Below are positions 18,505 through 26,572 of a stretch of 40,861 nt of DNA, piece after piece (the first letter of the stretch is position 1; each line of letters starts with the position of its first letter). Location: assembly GCA_964623315.1 (NCBI GenBank), contig CAZUSU010000031.1, forward strand, positions 1-40,861. Direction: 5' to 3'. The notes under the pieces are model-generated. The model searched no databases. It saw nothing but the letters and a program-made list of their open reading frames with translations, and was not told the DNA's origin. A program made the position numbers and the translations under genes. Source of the DNA: an uncultured Gammaproteobacteria bacterium (GTDB taxonomy: Bacteria; Patescibacteriota; Patescibacteriia; Magasanikbacterales; 2-02-FULL-50-9b).

Positions 18505-19497
18505 ATGCGGCAACATGTCATTCGATCACAGGATTTTACGCTTGAGGATTTGGCACAGATCTTCAGGCGCGCCGATAAGTTTCGGCATATGATGGACGAG
18601 CCGGACGGGCGGCGTCGCCTGCGCAAACGGTTGCGTGGACGGATTGTCAATGTGGCGTTCTACGAACCGTCAACGCGCACGCTGTCATCGTTCGTGAACG
18701 GCGCACAGCATCTCGGGGCGCAGGTTTTTCACACCGCAGATGCGGGTGCCACCTCTTCGGCGGTCAAGGGCGAAACGTTTGCGCACACCGTTCGCATGTT
18801 CGCCGGTTATCGGCCGGACGTGTTGGTGGTTCGTCATAAAGAAGAAGGGCGTCTCGCCGAAGGTGCGCGCATTTTGCGGCGTATCGGTTCGCGCACGCAT
18901 CTCATCAACGCGGGTGACGGGCCGGGTCAACATCCGACGCAGGCGCTTCTGGACGTGTACACGCTCCAGCGCGAGTTGGGGCGCGTTGACGGCATAAAGA
19001 TTATGATGGGCGGTGATCTGAAGCACGGTCGTACCGTGCGGTCGCTCGCGTATCTGCTGACGCGGTATCGCGATGTCGTCATCACGTTTGCCGCGCCGGA
19101 AGATCTGCAGATCGGCGCTGACATTCTGGCGCATCTGGACGAGCACGGCGTGAAATATCAGCTCCTCGGCGCTGAATTTCGTGACGCGCTGGCGGCACAG
19201 CACGCGGTGTACTGGACGCGACTGCAACTGGAGCGCGTCGTACATGAAGATGTCGCGGAGCAGAAGCGTCTGCGTGACGCGCTGGCACATCTGCAACGTG
19301 AACAGTTCTGCATTGGTGAGCGCGATCTGCATCTCATGCGCATCGATGCCGTGCTCATGCATCCGCTTCCCATCAACGACGCGGTGCGCGAGATCGCACT
19401 GGAAGTTGAAAATGACGAGCGGTGCGCGATTTTTCGTCAGGCCGAAAACGGAATGTACGTGCGCATGGCACTGCTCGACATTCTCGTTAATGGCTAA
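18505..19497 (+). CDS. pyrB: Aspartate carbamoyltransferase catalytic chain-like protein (GC-rich islet)
   Basis: PSTRT, VVRH, NAGDGPGQHPTQALLD, GDLKHGRTVRS, HPLP motifs; GGGAGG 5 nt before the ATG. Confidence 0.85.
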   Translation: MRQHVIRSQDFTLEDLAQIFRRADKFRHMMDEPDGRRRLRKRLRGRIVNVAFYEPSTRTLSSFVNGAQHLGAQVFHTADAGATSSAVKGETFAHTVRMFAGYRPDVLVVRHKEEGRLAEGARILRRIGSRTHLINAGDGPGQHPTQALLDVYTLQRELGRVDGIKIMMGGDLKHGRTVRSLAYLLTRYRDVVITFAAPEDLQIGADILAHLDEHGVKYQLLGAEFRDALAAQHAVYWTRLQLERVVHEDVAEQKRLRDALAHLQREQFCIGERDLHLMRIDAVLMHPLPINDAVREIALEVENDERCAIFRQAENGMYVRMALLDILVNG

Positions 19498-19571
19498 AGG
19501 AGAAGGGGAGGAAGATGACGGGTCAGGCGTTTGCACAGCGTGCAGATGGCTGACCCAATTTATTTTTAAAA

Positions 19572-19627
19572 AAAAGTGACCCTCGACCATCAGGTTACGG
19601 CACTGCTGGTCGAGGGGGGGGGTTGTT
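19572..19627. terminator. Bidirectional hairpin terminator between convergent pyrB and 19628-20191
   Basis: 13-bp stem 19581-19593/19603-19615 (one mismatch), A8 upstream (T8 on minus strand), G-run then TTGTTTT downstream. Confidence 0.65.
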
Positions 19628-20191
19628 TTAATCGGGAACGCGCAGGTGATCGAAATGGTTTTTCCAAAATTCAATCGCCGCGCCTTCGCCAAGATGTGCG
19701 TGGTATGGCGTGTGGTCGTGGGAAAGAGCCATCGCCACCAGCAACGTCAGTACGGCGTCTTCGGGGAAGCCATCGAGTCCGCTGAATGCGATGGCAAGCG
19801 CGAGGACATCAGAACGAGCGCTTTTGATGCCGATGCCAACGCCGCTCGCGAGGTTGCCGTCTTGAGCCAAGGTGGAAGAGTGCACAACCTCGGCGGACGG
19901 ATCTTGGAGTACCCCGCCGATTACATCTAATGCTTGCATGCTGTGGCGAGCCCTCTGGTCGTTCGGAAGGGATCCGATCACGCGGTGCATAAGGTGAATC
20001 CTCTGCCGGCCGTCGAACAGTGCCGCCGAAAGGTACCCGCCAGCGGCTGATTCAGGCACGTGAAATCGAGAGAGGTACCCTGGCGGTAGCCACGGAAATC
20101 CTTCAGATAGCGAGGTCGCGAGCGAACCGAGCACCTGCACCGCACGTTGATGATCAGATGTCGGCTCCCTGTGACGTTGTGGCTGAATCAC
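19628..20191 (-). CDS. Hypothetical protein (GC-rich islet), no family recognised
   Basis: 187 codons, GTG start with AAGGAG 5 nt upstream, terminator immediately after the TAA. Confidence 0.7.
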   Translation of the reverse strand: MIQPQRHREPTSDHQRAVQVLGSLATSLSEGFPWLPPGYLSRFHVPESAAGGYLSAALFDGRQRIHLMHRVIGSLPNDQRARHSMQALDVIGGVLQDPSAEVVHSSTLAQDGNLASGVGIGIKSARSDVLALAIAFSGLDGFPEDAVLTLLVAMALSHDHTPYHAHLGEGAAIEFWKNHFDHLRVPD

Positions 20192-20236
20192 GGAAACTCC
20201 TTTTTAGTGTCGTGCCGAGTGTGTCGGCGCACGGGC

Positions 20237-20265
20237 AATCTAGCAGATGTAGTTATTTTTTGCAA
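20237..20265 (-). promoter_or_regulatory. Candidate promoter for 19628-20191
   Basis: Minus strand TTGCAA (20265-20260), 17 nt, TAGATT (20242-20237). Confidence 0.3.
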
Positions 20266-20470
20266 GTGTATGTGCCGCGACCCCCCTGTTCGTTAGCTGT
20301 CAATTGTGAGTATGTCATATGTGCGATGTCCAACAATCAAATTTTCCGCAGTTCGCACGGACAAACTATAACAGTTCCACTCTTCTTTTGAAATTCAACT
20401 TGTATCATCGCTGTGCTGAGCGATCATGCCATTCAAGCTGGTTGCCATGTATAAAATGATTTTCATAAAT

Positions 20471-21031
20471 TTACAGTTCCGCTAAATCGCCTTTGGCGAG
20501 ATACATTTTTATTTTTTCTACTTCTTCCATTACTTTTTTATTTCCATTTTCTGTCTCGTACCAATTATTTTTAGTAAATGGATGCTGCGCCACGGCATAA
20601 GCCGCAGATTTGAGTTGAATATTTTTAGGAACGTGTTTTCGTAAAGTCATGAGTGCTCTGCGAGCATGATAATTTTTTACAACGGCAGTTATCGTGTGAA
20701 TATTTTGTAATCCTAATTTTTTTTCAATAATTATAATTGAAAAGAGAACATTCTCTAAAGTATTTGTTGATTTATTCTCAGTCAAAATATCTCTCTTTGG
20801 CACACCAAGTTTTTCCAATGCTATCGCCATTACATCACCCTCAATAATTCCATTGGTGGGACTGTTTCCCCCACTCACAATTATTTTTGGGACAAAGCCG
20901 TTTTTATATAACTCTGCTGCCTTTTCAATGGATTCTTTCCATGCGTTCCGCGTCCCAAAAACCAGAGCAATATCTCCGTTTGGATTTTTGTCGTCAAGAA
21001 AAATATAATTTGTTATTTCATCCGTATTCAT
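20471..21031 (-). CDS. DUF218 (YdcF/SanA/ElyC-like) domain protein, strongly AT-rich
   Basis: 186 aa; ALVFGT..., IIVSGGN, EGDVMAIALEKLGVP...ILTENKSTNTLEN typical of DUF218. Confidence 0.85.
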   Translation of the reverse strand: MNTDEITNYIFLDDKNPNGDIALVFGTRNAWKESIEKAAELYKNGFVPKIIVSGGNSPTNGIIEGDVMAIALEKLGVPKRDILTENKSTNTLENVLFSIIIIEKKLGLQNIHTITAVVKNYHARRALMTLRKHVPKNIQLKSAAYAVAQHPFTKNNWYETENGNKKVMEEVEKIKMYLAKGDLAEL

Positions 21032-21044
21032 TTTAATGGTACAT

Positions 21045-21071
21045 CACGCCACCTTTCCAAGGTGGTGCACT
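21045..21071 (-). repeat. tRNA-Ser-derived fragment (D-arm 3' strand plus anticodon arm)
   Basis: 25/27 identity to 21143-21169 of the intact tRNA; the two differences are a compensatory pair in the anticodon stem (CCGCC/GGCGG vs CCACC/GGTGG). Confidence 0.6.
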
Positions 21072-21105
21072 CGTCCTGAGCATCTTTGATGTATTGAATT
21101 TAATG

Positions 21106-21190
21106 CGGAGAGGAGGAGATTCGAACTCCTGGTGCCTTGCGACACGCCGCCTTTCCAAGGCGGTGCACTAGACCACTATGCGACCTCTCC
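21106..21190 (-). tRNA. tRNA-Ser (anticodon GGA), type II with long variable arm, no encoded CCA
   Basis: GGAGAGG acceptor, U8, D stem GCAT/GTGC, anticodon arm CCGCC-TTGGAAA-GGCGG, variable stem GTGTC/GGCAC, T arm AGGAG-TTCGAAT-CTCCT, discriminator G. Confidence 0.9.
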
Positions 21191-21210
21191 GCATTAAATT
21201 CAAGTTTTAG

Positions 21211-21268
21211 GTAGAAGCTCGAATAAACTCACTCAGTGAGTTTATTCCCACTATGCGATCCCTCCGCC
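21211..21268. repeat. Repeat module C: GTAGAAGCTCG, 12-bp hairpin, then a copy of the tRNA-Ser 5' end
   Basis: Hairpin 21221-21232/21236-21247; CCACTATGCGATCCCTCCGCC resembles 21172-21192. Confidence 0.5.
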
Positions 21269-21283
21269 ATGCAAACAATTGTT

Positions 21284-21345
21284 GTAGATGCTCGCGTAAA
21301 CTGAAATTGTTCAGTTTACGCCCTCTCTGCGACCTCTCTCGCGCC
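21284..21345. repeat. Repeat module D: GTAGATGCTCG, 11-bp hairpin, then a degenerate copy of the tRNA-Ser 5' end
   Basis: Hairpin 21294-21304/21311-21321; TGCGACCTCTC shared with the tRNA. Confidence 0.5.
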
Positions 21346-21394
21346 ACACACTAATTCGTCAACATTGTACCAGCACCTCTCTCAACATTCAAGC

Positions 21395-21423
21395 TTGCCC
21401 TCCCGCCGGCCTTCCGCTATAAT
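21395..21423 (+). promoter_or_regulatory. Candidate promoter for asnS giving a near-leaderless mRNA
   Basis: TTGCCC, 17 nt, TATAAT (21418-21423); only 9 nt between -10 and ATG 21433; no SD. Confidence 0.4.
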
Positions 21424-21432
21424 TCTTCCGCT

Positions 21433-22725
21433 ATGGTTGACATTTCTACACTTACCTCATCGGTCGGCGCGTCAGTACAGATTTCCGGCTGGGCGTACAA
21501 TTTTCGTTCCAGCGGATCTATTTTCTTTTTGCAATTGCGCGACGGCACGGGTCGCATACAGATTGTGTTCAGCAAAGCCGATGTATCGCCGGAAACGTGG
21601 GGCACACTTGAAGCTCTTACGATGGAATCGTCCGTGCGTGTTACCGGCGTGGTACAGCAAGAACCGCGCGCGCCGTCGGGAATAGAACTGGTGGGTGCAG
21701 AGTGCGAATTGATCGCCGGTACTGCCGCCGAATTTCCCATTTCAAAAAAAGAGCACGGTGTGGAATTTTTAATGGACCATCGTCATTTGTGGTTGCGTTC
21801 GGCGCGTCAAGAGGCAATCATGCGCGTGCGCAATGAAATTGAATTTGCGCTTCGCCAGTTTTTTTACGAAAAAAATTTTGTGCTCACGGACGCGCCGATT
21901 TTTACGCCCAATGCGTGCGAAGGCACCAGCGAACTATTCAAAGTAAAATATTTTGATGACGTGGCGTATTTGTCACAATCCGGCCAATTATATTTGGAAG
22001 CAACCAGCGTCGCACTCAAACGCACGTACTGTTTTGGCCCCACCTTTCGTAGTGAAAAATCAAAAACGCGCCGTCATCTGACAGAGTTTTGGATGTTGGA
22101 AGCCGAGGCGAGCTTCATGGACCAAACAGAAAATATGGCTCTGCAGGAAGAAATGATGGTGTACGTCGTGCGGCGTGTGTTGGAGCGGCGGCAGGATGAT
22201 CTGAAAATTATTGAGCGCGATGTGGCTCCACTGGAAACGACTTCGCAGGGCGCGTTTCCGCGCATTCGCTACACGGATGCGGTGGCGCAATTACAAAAAC
22301 TCGGCAGTGACATAAAAGACGGCGATGACTTGGGCGCCGACGACGAAACAATTCTCACCAAGCAGTACGACCGCCCGATTTTTATTACGCACTATCCGGT
22401 AGAAATAAAATCGTTTTACATGAAGCCGGATCCGGCGGATCCGCGATTTGTGCTTAACGCAGACCTGTTGGCGCCAGAAGGGTATGGCGAAATCATCGGC
22501 GGCTCACAGCGCATTGATGATTTGAAATTATTGGAGGAGCGCATCGCGGCACACGGTTTACCGACCGCGGCGTTTGAGTGGTATCTGGACATTCGTCGTT
22601 TTGGTAGTGTGCCGCACGCCGGTTTTGGCATTGGTTTGGAACGCACCGTCGCGTGGATTTGCGGTCTTGAACACGTGCGCGAAACCATTCCGTTTGCGCG
22701 GTTGATGAATCGGTTGACACCGTAG
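21433..22725 (+). CDS. asnS: Asparaginyl-tRNA synthetase
   Basis: 430 aa; class IIb N-terminal OB (ISGWAYNFRSSGSIFFLQLRDGTG), motif 2 FRSEKSKTRRHLTEFWMLE, motif 3 GFGIGLERTV. Confidence 0.95.
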   Translation: MVDISTLTSSVGASVQISGWAYNFRSSGSIFFLQLRDGTGRIQIVFSKADVSPETWGTLEALTMESSVRVTGVVQQEPRAPSGIELVGAECELIAGTAAEFPISKKEHGVEFLMDHRHLWLRSARQEAIMRVRNEIEFALRQFFYEKNFVLTDAPIFTPNACEGTSELFKVKYFDDVAYLSQSGQLYLEATSVALKRTYCFGPTFRSEKSKTRRHLTEFWMLEAEASFMDQTENMALQEEMMVYVVRRVLERRQDDLKIIERDVAPLETTSQGAFPRIRYTDAVAQLQKLGSDIKDGDDLGADDETILTKQYDRPIFITHYPVEIKSFYMKPDPADPRFVLNADLLAPEGYGEIIGGSQRIDDLKLLEERIAAHGLPTAAFEWYLDIRRFGSVPHAGFGIGLERTVAWICGLEHVRETIPFARLMNRLTP

Positions 22726-22730
22726 CGCTG

Positions 22731-23006
22731 ATGGGGCATGATGTAGATATGAAATATAAATTGCGCTATACTGTGGTTTTAAAACCAGAACCAGAGGGCG
22801 GCTACACCGCCGTTGTTCCTGCGTTACCCGGTTGTGTCACCTACGGCAAAACCATTAAAGAGGCAAAAGTCATGGCAGCAGAAGCGATTAATGGGTATAT
22901 CGTGAGCTTACAAAAACATCATGAGCCAATTCCGCGAGAGGGTGAATTGAAACAGTATTTTCAAAATATTCAGGTAACAGGGGGGTATGTCACCGCGGTT
23001 GCATAG
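22731..23006 (+). CDS. hicB: HicB-family antitoxin (UPF0150)
   Basis: YTVVLKPEPEGGYTAVVPALPGCVTYGKTIKEA; ATG 22749 (MKYKL) is a likely alternative start. Confidence 0.8.
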   Translation: MGHDVDMKYKLRYTVVLKPEPEGGYTAVVPALPGCVTYGKTIKEAKVMAAEAINGYIVSLQKHHEPIPREGELKQYFQNIQVTGGYVTAVA

Positions 23007-23205
23007 TATTACTCCTCGTAAATTGGCGCGCTATTTGCTGGCGCAAGGGTTTGTTTTAGATCATGTGCATGGGAGTCATTATATATACCGTCATCCGCAT
23101 GATGGTCGGCGTGTTGTGCTTCCTTTTCATACCAAAGATATTCCTCGCGGCACACTGCACACAATCCTACGTCAGGCAGGTATTGGTCTGGACGAATTTA
23201 ATTGA
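22987..23205 (+). CDS. hicA: HicA-family mRNA interferase toxin
   Basis: 72 aa; ITPRKLARYLLAQGF...GSHYIYRHP...LPFHTKDIPRGTLHTILRQAGI; 20-nt overlap with hicB. Confidence 0.85.
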   Translation: MSPRLHSITPRKLARYLLAQGFVLDHVHGSHYIYRHPHDGRRVVLPFHTKDIPRGTLHTILRQAGIGLDEFN

Positions 23206-23251
23206 CGCCAGCCGCATTAAGTTCTATAGTATCCACACTCATCAAACCTCT

Positions 23252-24676
23252 ATGAAAAGGCAGTTTTTTATCATGTTTACCGGTGCAATGTTGTTAGTGG
23301 GCGCAGGATGCGATTCGCTCGGTGTACGGAGTCAAAAACCAACGGCCACCCCGCCGGTCACCGCCGCACCGCTCACCAAGGAAACGATCAATCTTGACGA
23401 ATCAGAAATTTTTCTGCGCACGCGCGACGATGTGGCGCCCGGCCAAGCCGAAGTGACGCGGCAGTCGCTGTTTGCCAAATCAAGAGACGGGCAGATCGTG
23501 GAGTTGGTGAAGGATGTGCATGAGGCGCTCAAGGGAACATTGCGTGATGATTTTTATTTGGTGCTCAAAAAGGATGTGCCGACGGAAAATTTGAGCAACT
23601 ATCTGTATTTTACCCAAGGTGGTGGGGTCTCTGCGGTGCACAAACTTTTTGTGTTTAATAAAACAACGCGCACATTCGACGAAAACGCGCCGTTGGTTTC
23701 GCTCGAGAACGCAAATTCATTTGCTGCTGTGCAATTTTCTCCGGACAACACAAAAGTTGCGCTATTTATTCAGGTAGAATTACAGGAGAAACGTTCCACA
23801 CCAGTAGTGTATATCGGTAATCTTTTAAGCGGTGAAGTGACAAATCGCTATGTGGTAGGCCACCCATATTCAATCACGATAACGCCGGATGCAAAAACAA
23901 ATACGAACGGCGCCATTCCTGTGGTTCATCCTGCTACAAAATGGAGTACGGATTCAATCTTTAAGATTGCCTTATTAAAACCAGACGGATCTGATGGAGA
24001 TGCGCGTACGCCGGTTGATGTCGTCAATGTTTTGGTGAGCGAAGCGCCCACGTCACTTGCCACAAGCACGGAATACCAATGGGATCCGGTTGCCAAAAGA
24101 TTGTTTGGTCAGCATGAAGACGGATTTGATATTTCAGTTGGATTAACGGAGTCGCTCACGGAAAATTTTATAACAACCGATCATATTCTTCCAAAAGTTT
24201 CTCTCGCGTCGCCTTTTGTGTATGTGCTGGGTCGTGGTCGACTTGGCGGCATTTTCGTGAAAGCAATTTACGATAAAACGAACCATCAGTTTGTAGCAAG
24301 AGAACGTATTCCTCTGCCGTTATTGTCTGACATTCAATCTGCCAATTTATCACCGAGCGGCACCTCGCTTGCTATATTTGGTCCCCGATCGGAGACCAAC
24401 AACCCTTCGTCGGAAGTTGTTAATGTGATACACCTAGTAACATTACAGTTAGCGTCATATGCGGTTCCCTCTCCCTATACGGCACTGGCTCGTTATGAAT
24501 ATATGACATCATCAAAAAATTCTCTTATTGAATATGGCATTTTAAAATGGAAAGGTGAAACTGAGTTATCCTACGGATTATATGAGCGCGGACCGGAACG
24601 TGCAATGAAAAGGGATAATACGAGGATTGAGGCCGTAAATAAATTCGTTCGCAGGGAAAAAATTAAAATTAAATAG
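23252..24676 (+). CDS. Lipoprotein, possibly TolB/PD40-like beta-propeller
   Basis: ORF 23063-24676 trimmed to ATG 23252 (MKRQFFIMFTGAMLLVGAGC lipobox); FSPDNTKVALF and LSPSGTSLAIFG repeats. Confidence 0.85.
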   Translation: MKRQFFIMFTGAMLLVGAGCDSLGVRSQKPTATPPVTAAPLTKETINLDESEIFLRTRDDVAPGQAEVTRQSLFAKSRDGQIVELVKDVHEALKGTLRDDFYLVLKKDVPTENLSNYLYFTQGGGVSAVHKLFVFNKTTRTFDENAPLVSLENANSFAAVQFSPDNTKVALFIQVELQEKRSTPVVYIGNLLSGEVTNRYVVGHPYSITITPDAKTNTNGAIPVVHPATKWSTDSIFKIALLKPDGSDGDARTPVDVVNVLVSEAPTSLATSTEYQWDPVAKRLFGQHEDGFDISVGLTESLTENFITTDHILPKVSLASPFVYVLGRGRLGGIFVKAIYDKTNHQFVARERIPLPLLSDIQSANLSPSGTSLAIFGPRSETNNPSSEVVNVIHLVTLQLASYAVPSPYTALARYEYMTSSKNSLIEYGILKWKGETELSYGLYERGPERAMKRDNTRIEAVNKFVRREKIKIK

Positions 24677-24685
24677 CAGGTGAGT

Positions 24686-25186
24686 ATGAAGTATTCAAAA
24701 CAGAGTATATTTGTTCACGGAATTCTAGCAACATTACTTATGCTGGGCGCAGGTTGCGCGCCAGCAAAACCATCAGAAGTAAAGGTGCCAGTCGAGACAG
24801 CGCCTATCGTAAACACGTTTACCCATCCTAAATTTGGTTTTAGTTTTGTACTTCCCACGGGCATCACGGCGCAGTTCGAAAAAAACGGCAACGATGCACG
24901 GTTTGTGGATCCAAAAAAATCCGGTGTGGAATATGGCCGCATGATTGTTCAGCCGGGTATTCCGGGTGTGCCACTTGCGCAAAATAAAATTGAGCCACTT
25001 GTCGCTGATGGCGCAAAAGTATTTTTGTATCACGACACGGATGCGGCAGACGGCGGCAAACTGGATAAATTGATTCTTGATTTTCCGGACGGTTCTAACG
25101 CCATATACATTGCCGCGCCGGAACTGCCTAGCCAACCGATGTGGGATTTAAAAACCGTTGTCGCATCGTGGAAATGGAAAAAATAA
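24686..25186 (+). CDS. Small lipoprotein, unknown function
   Basis: MKYSKQSIFVHGILATLLMLGAGC lipobox; AGGTGA upstream of ATG 24686 (GTG 24680 possible). Confidence 0.8.
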   Translation: MKYSKQSIFVHGILATLLMLGAGCAPAKPSEVKVPVETAPIVNTFTHPKFGFSFVLPTGITAQFEKNGNDARFVDPKKSGVEYGRMIVQPGIPGVPLAQNKIEPLVADGAKVFLYHDTDAADGGKLDKLILDFPDGSNAIYIAAPELPSQPMWDLKTVVASWKWKK

Positions 25187-25195
25187 CTATTTGCT

Positions 25196-26572
25196 ATGCT
25201 TGAATTACGAACGCGCGCGATTGATGCGGTTGGCAAGGTGGGGGAAACGGTAACGCTTTTTGGGTGGGTGCACGGTCGGCGCAATATGGGAAAATTGGTT
25301 TTTTTTGATCTGCGCGATGCGTCGGCTCGTGTGCAGATTGTCGGTGTGCCGGCGGAATTAGCTGATGACGCCAGTCGCGCGGCACTCGATGCCTTGCGGC
25401 CGGAATTTGTTATTGCCGTTACGGGTGTGGTGCAGGCGCGCGGCGCCACCGGCGCCGTTGAAATACTGGCAAAATCTGTCACCGTTTTAAACGAATCAAA
25501 AACGCCGCCGTTTGAAATTGATAACGAAGATCGGCAAGCCAACGAAGAGTTGCGCTTGCAGTATCGCTATTTGGATTTACGTCACGAACGCATGGCGGCC
25601 AACATCCGTTTGCGCGACCGAGTGATCACTTTTTTTCGTGATTATCTGCACGCCGCCGGATTTGTAGAAATTGAAACGCCGATATTAATGAAAGGAACGC
25701 CGGAAGGGTCGCGCGAATTTTTGGTGCCATCGCGCCTGCACGCCGGCAAATTTTACGTGTTGCCCCAGTCGCCACAGCAGTTTAAGCAACTGGCCATGAT
25801 TGCCGGATTTGAAAAATATTTTCAAGTGGCGCGTTGTTTCCGCGACGAAGATCAGCGCGGCGATCGTCAGCCGGAGTTTACCCAGCTTGATTATGAACTG
25901 TCATTTGTGGATGCCGAAGATATTTTTCAACTCACCGAAGCAATGATGATTGCGATGGTCAATACGGTAACCCCAAACAAAAAAATGACGCACACTCCAT
26001 TCCCGCGCATGACGTATGCGGAGGCAATGAAAACATACGGTACGGATAAACCTGATATTCGGACTGATAAAAATAATTCTGATGAGCTGGGATTTGTCTG
26101 GATCACGGACTTTCCGATGTTTGAGACAGACGAAGAGGGACGCCTTGCGGCCAAGCACCATCCTTTTTGCGCCGTGCATCCGGACGATGTCAAAAAACTG
26201 GATACCGACCCCTTGAGTGTTCGCGCCAACGCGTATGATTTGGTGCTCAACGGGTACGAACTTTCGAGCGGCAGTATCCGCATACATCGTCGCGAAGAAC
26301 AGAAAAAAATATTTGATATTCTGAAAATTTCAGAAGAAGATCAACGGCGTAAATTCGGCCATATGCTGGAAGCGCTTGAATATGGCGCGCCGCCGCATGG
26401 CGGATTTGCGCCGGGGATTGACCGTATCGTCATGTTGCTTGCCGGCGAACCAAACATTCGCGAGGTGATTGCCTTTCCTAAAACGGGTGATGCGCGCGAC
26501 CCCCTGATGGGCGCGCCGGCAGACGTTGACCCGCGCACGCTCGCCGAAGTTCACCTTGAAATAAAAAAATAA
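25196..26572 (+). CDS. aspS: Aspartyl-tRNA synthetase, bacterial-type core but lacking the GAD insertion domain
   Basis: 458 aa; [59 protein letters not shown]. Confidence 0.95.
   Translation: MLELRTRAIDAVGKVGETVTLFGWVHGRRNMGKLVFFDLRDASARVQIVGVPAELADDASRAALDALRPEFVIAVTGVVQARGATGAVEILAKSVTVLNESKTPPFEIDNEDRQANEELRLQYRYLDLRHERMAANIRLRDRVITFFRDYLHAAGFVEIETPILMKGTPEGSREFLVPSRLHAGKFYVLPQSPQQFKQLAMIAGFEKYFQVARCFRDEDQRGDRQPEFTQLDYELSFVDAEDIFQLTEAMMIAMVNTVTPNKKMTHTPFPRMTYAEAMKTYGTDKPDIRTDKNNSDELGFVWITDFPMFETDEEGRLAAKHHPFCAVHPDDVKKLDTDPLSVRANAYDLVLNGYELSSGSIRIHRREEQKKIFDILKISEEDQRRKFGHMLEALEYGAPPHGGFAPGIDRIVMLLAGEPNIREVIAFPKTGDARDPLMGAPADVDPRTLAEVHLEIKK

Noticed and set aside
18685-19692. 335-aa minus-strand ORF, the longest ORF in that region
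   Set aside because: It is a shadow ORF of the GC-rich pyrB gene. The plus frame carries the ATCase motifs, and the minus ORF also runs through the bidirectional terminator.
21193-21432. Possible T-box leader upstream of asnS
   Set aside because: There is no T-box consensus or specifier/antiterminator arrangement on the plus strand. The hairpins belong to the tRNA-derived repeat modules instead.
23063-23251. N-terminal 63 codons of the track ORF 23063-24676
   Set aside because: This part overlaps hicA in another frame. The lipoprotein signal peptide begins at ATG 23252.
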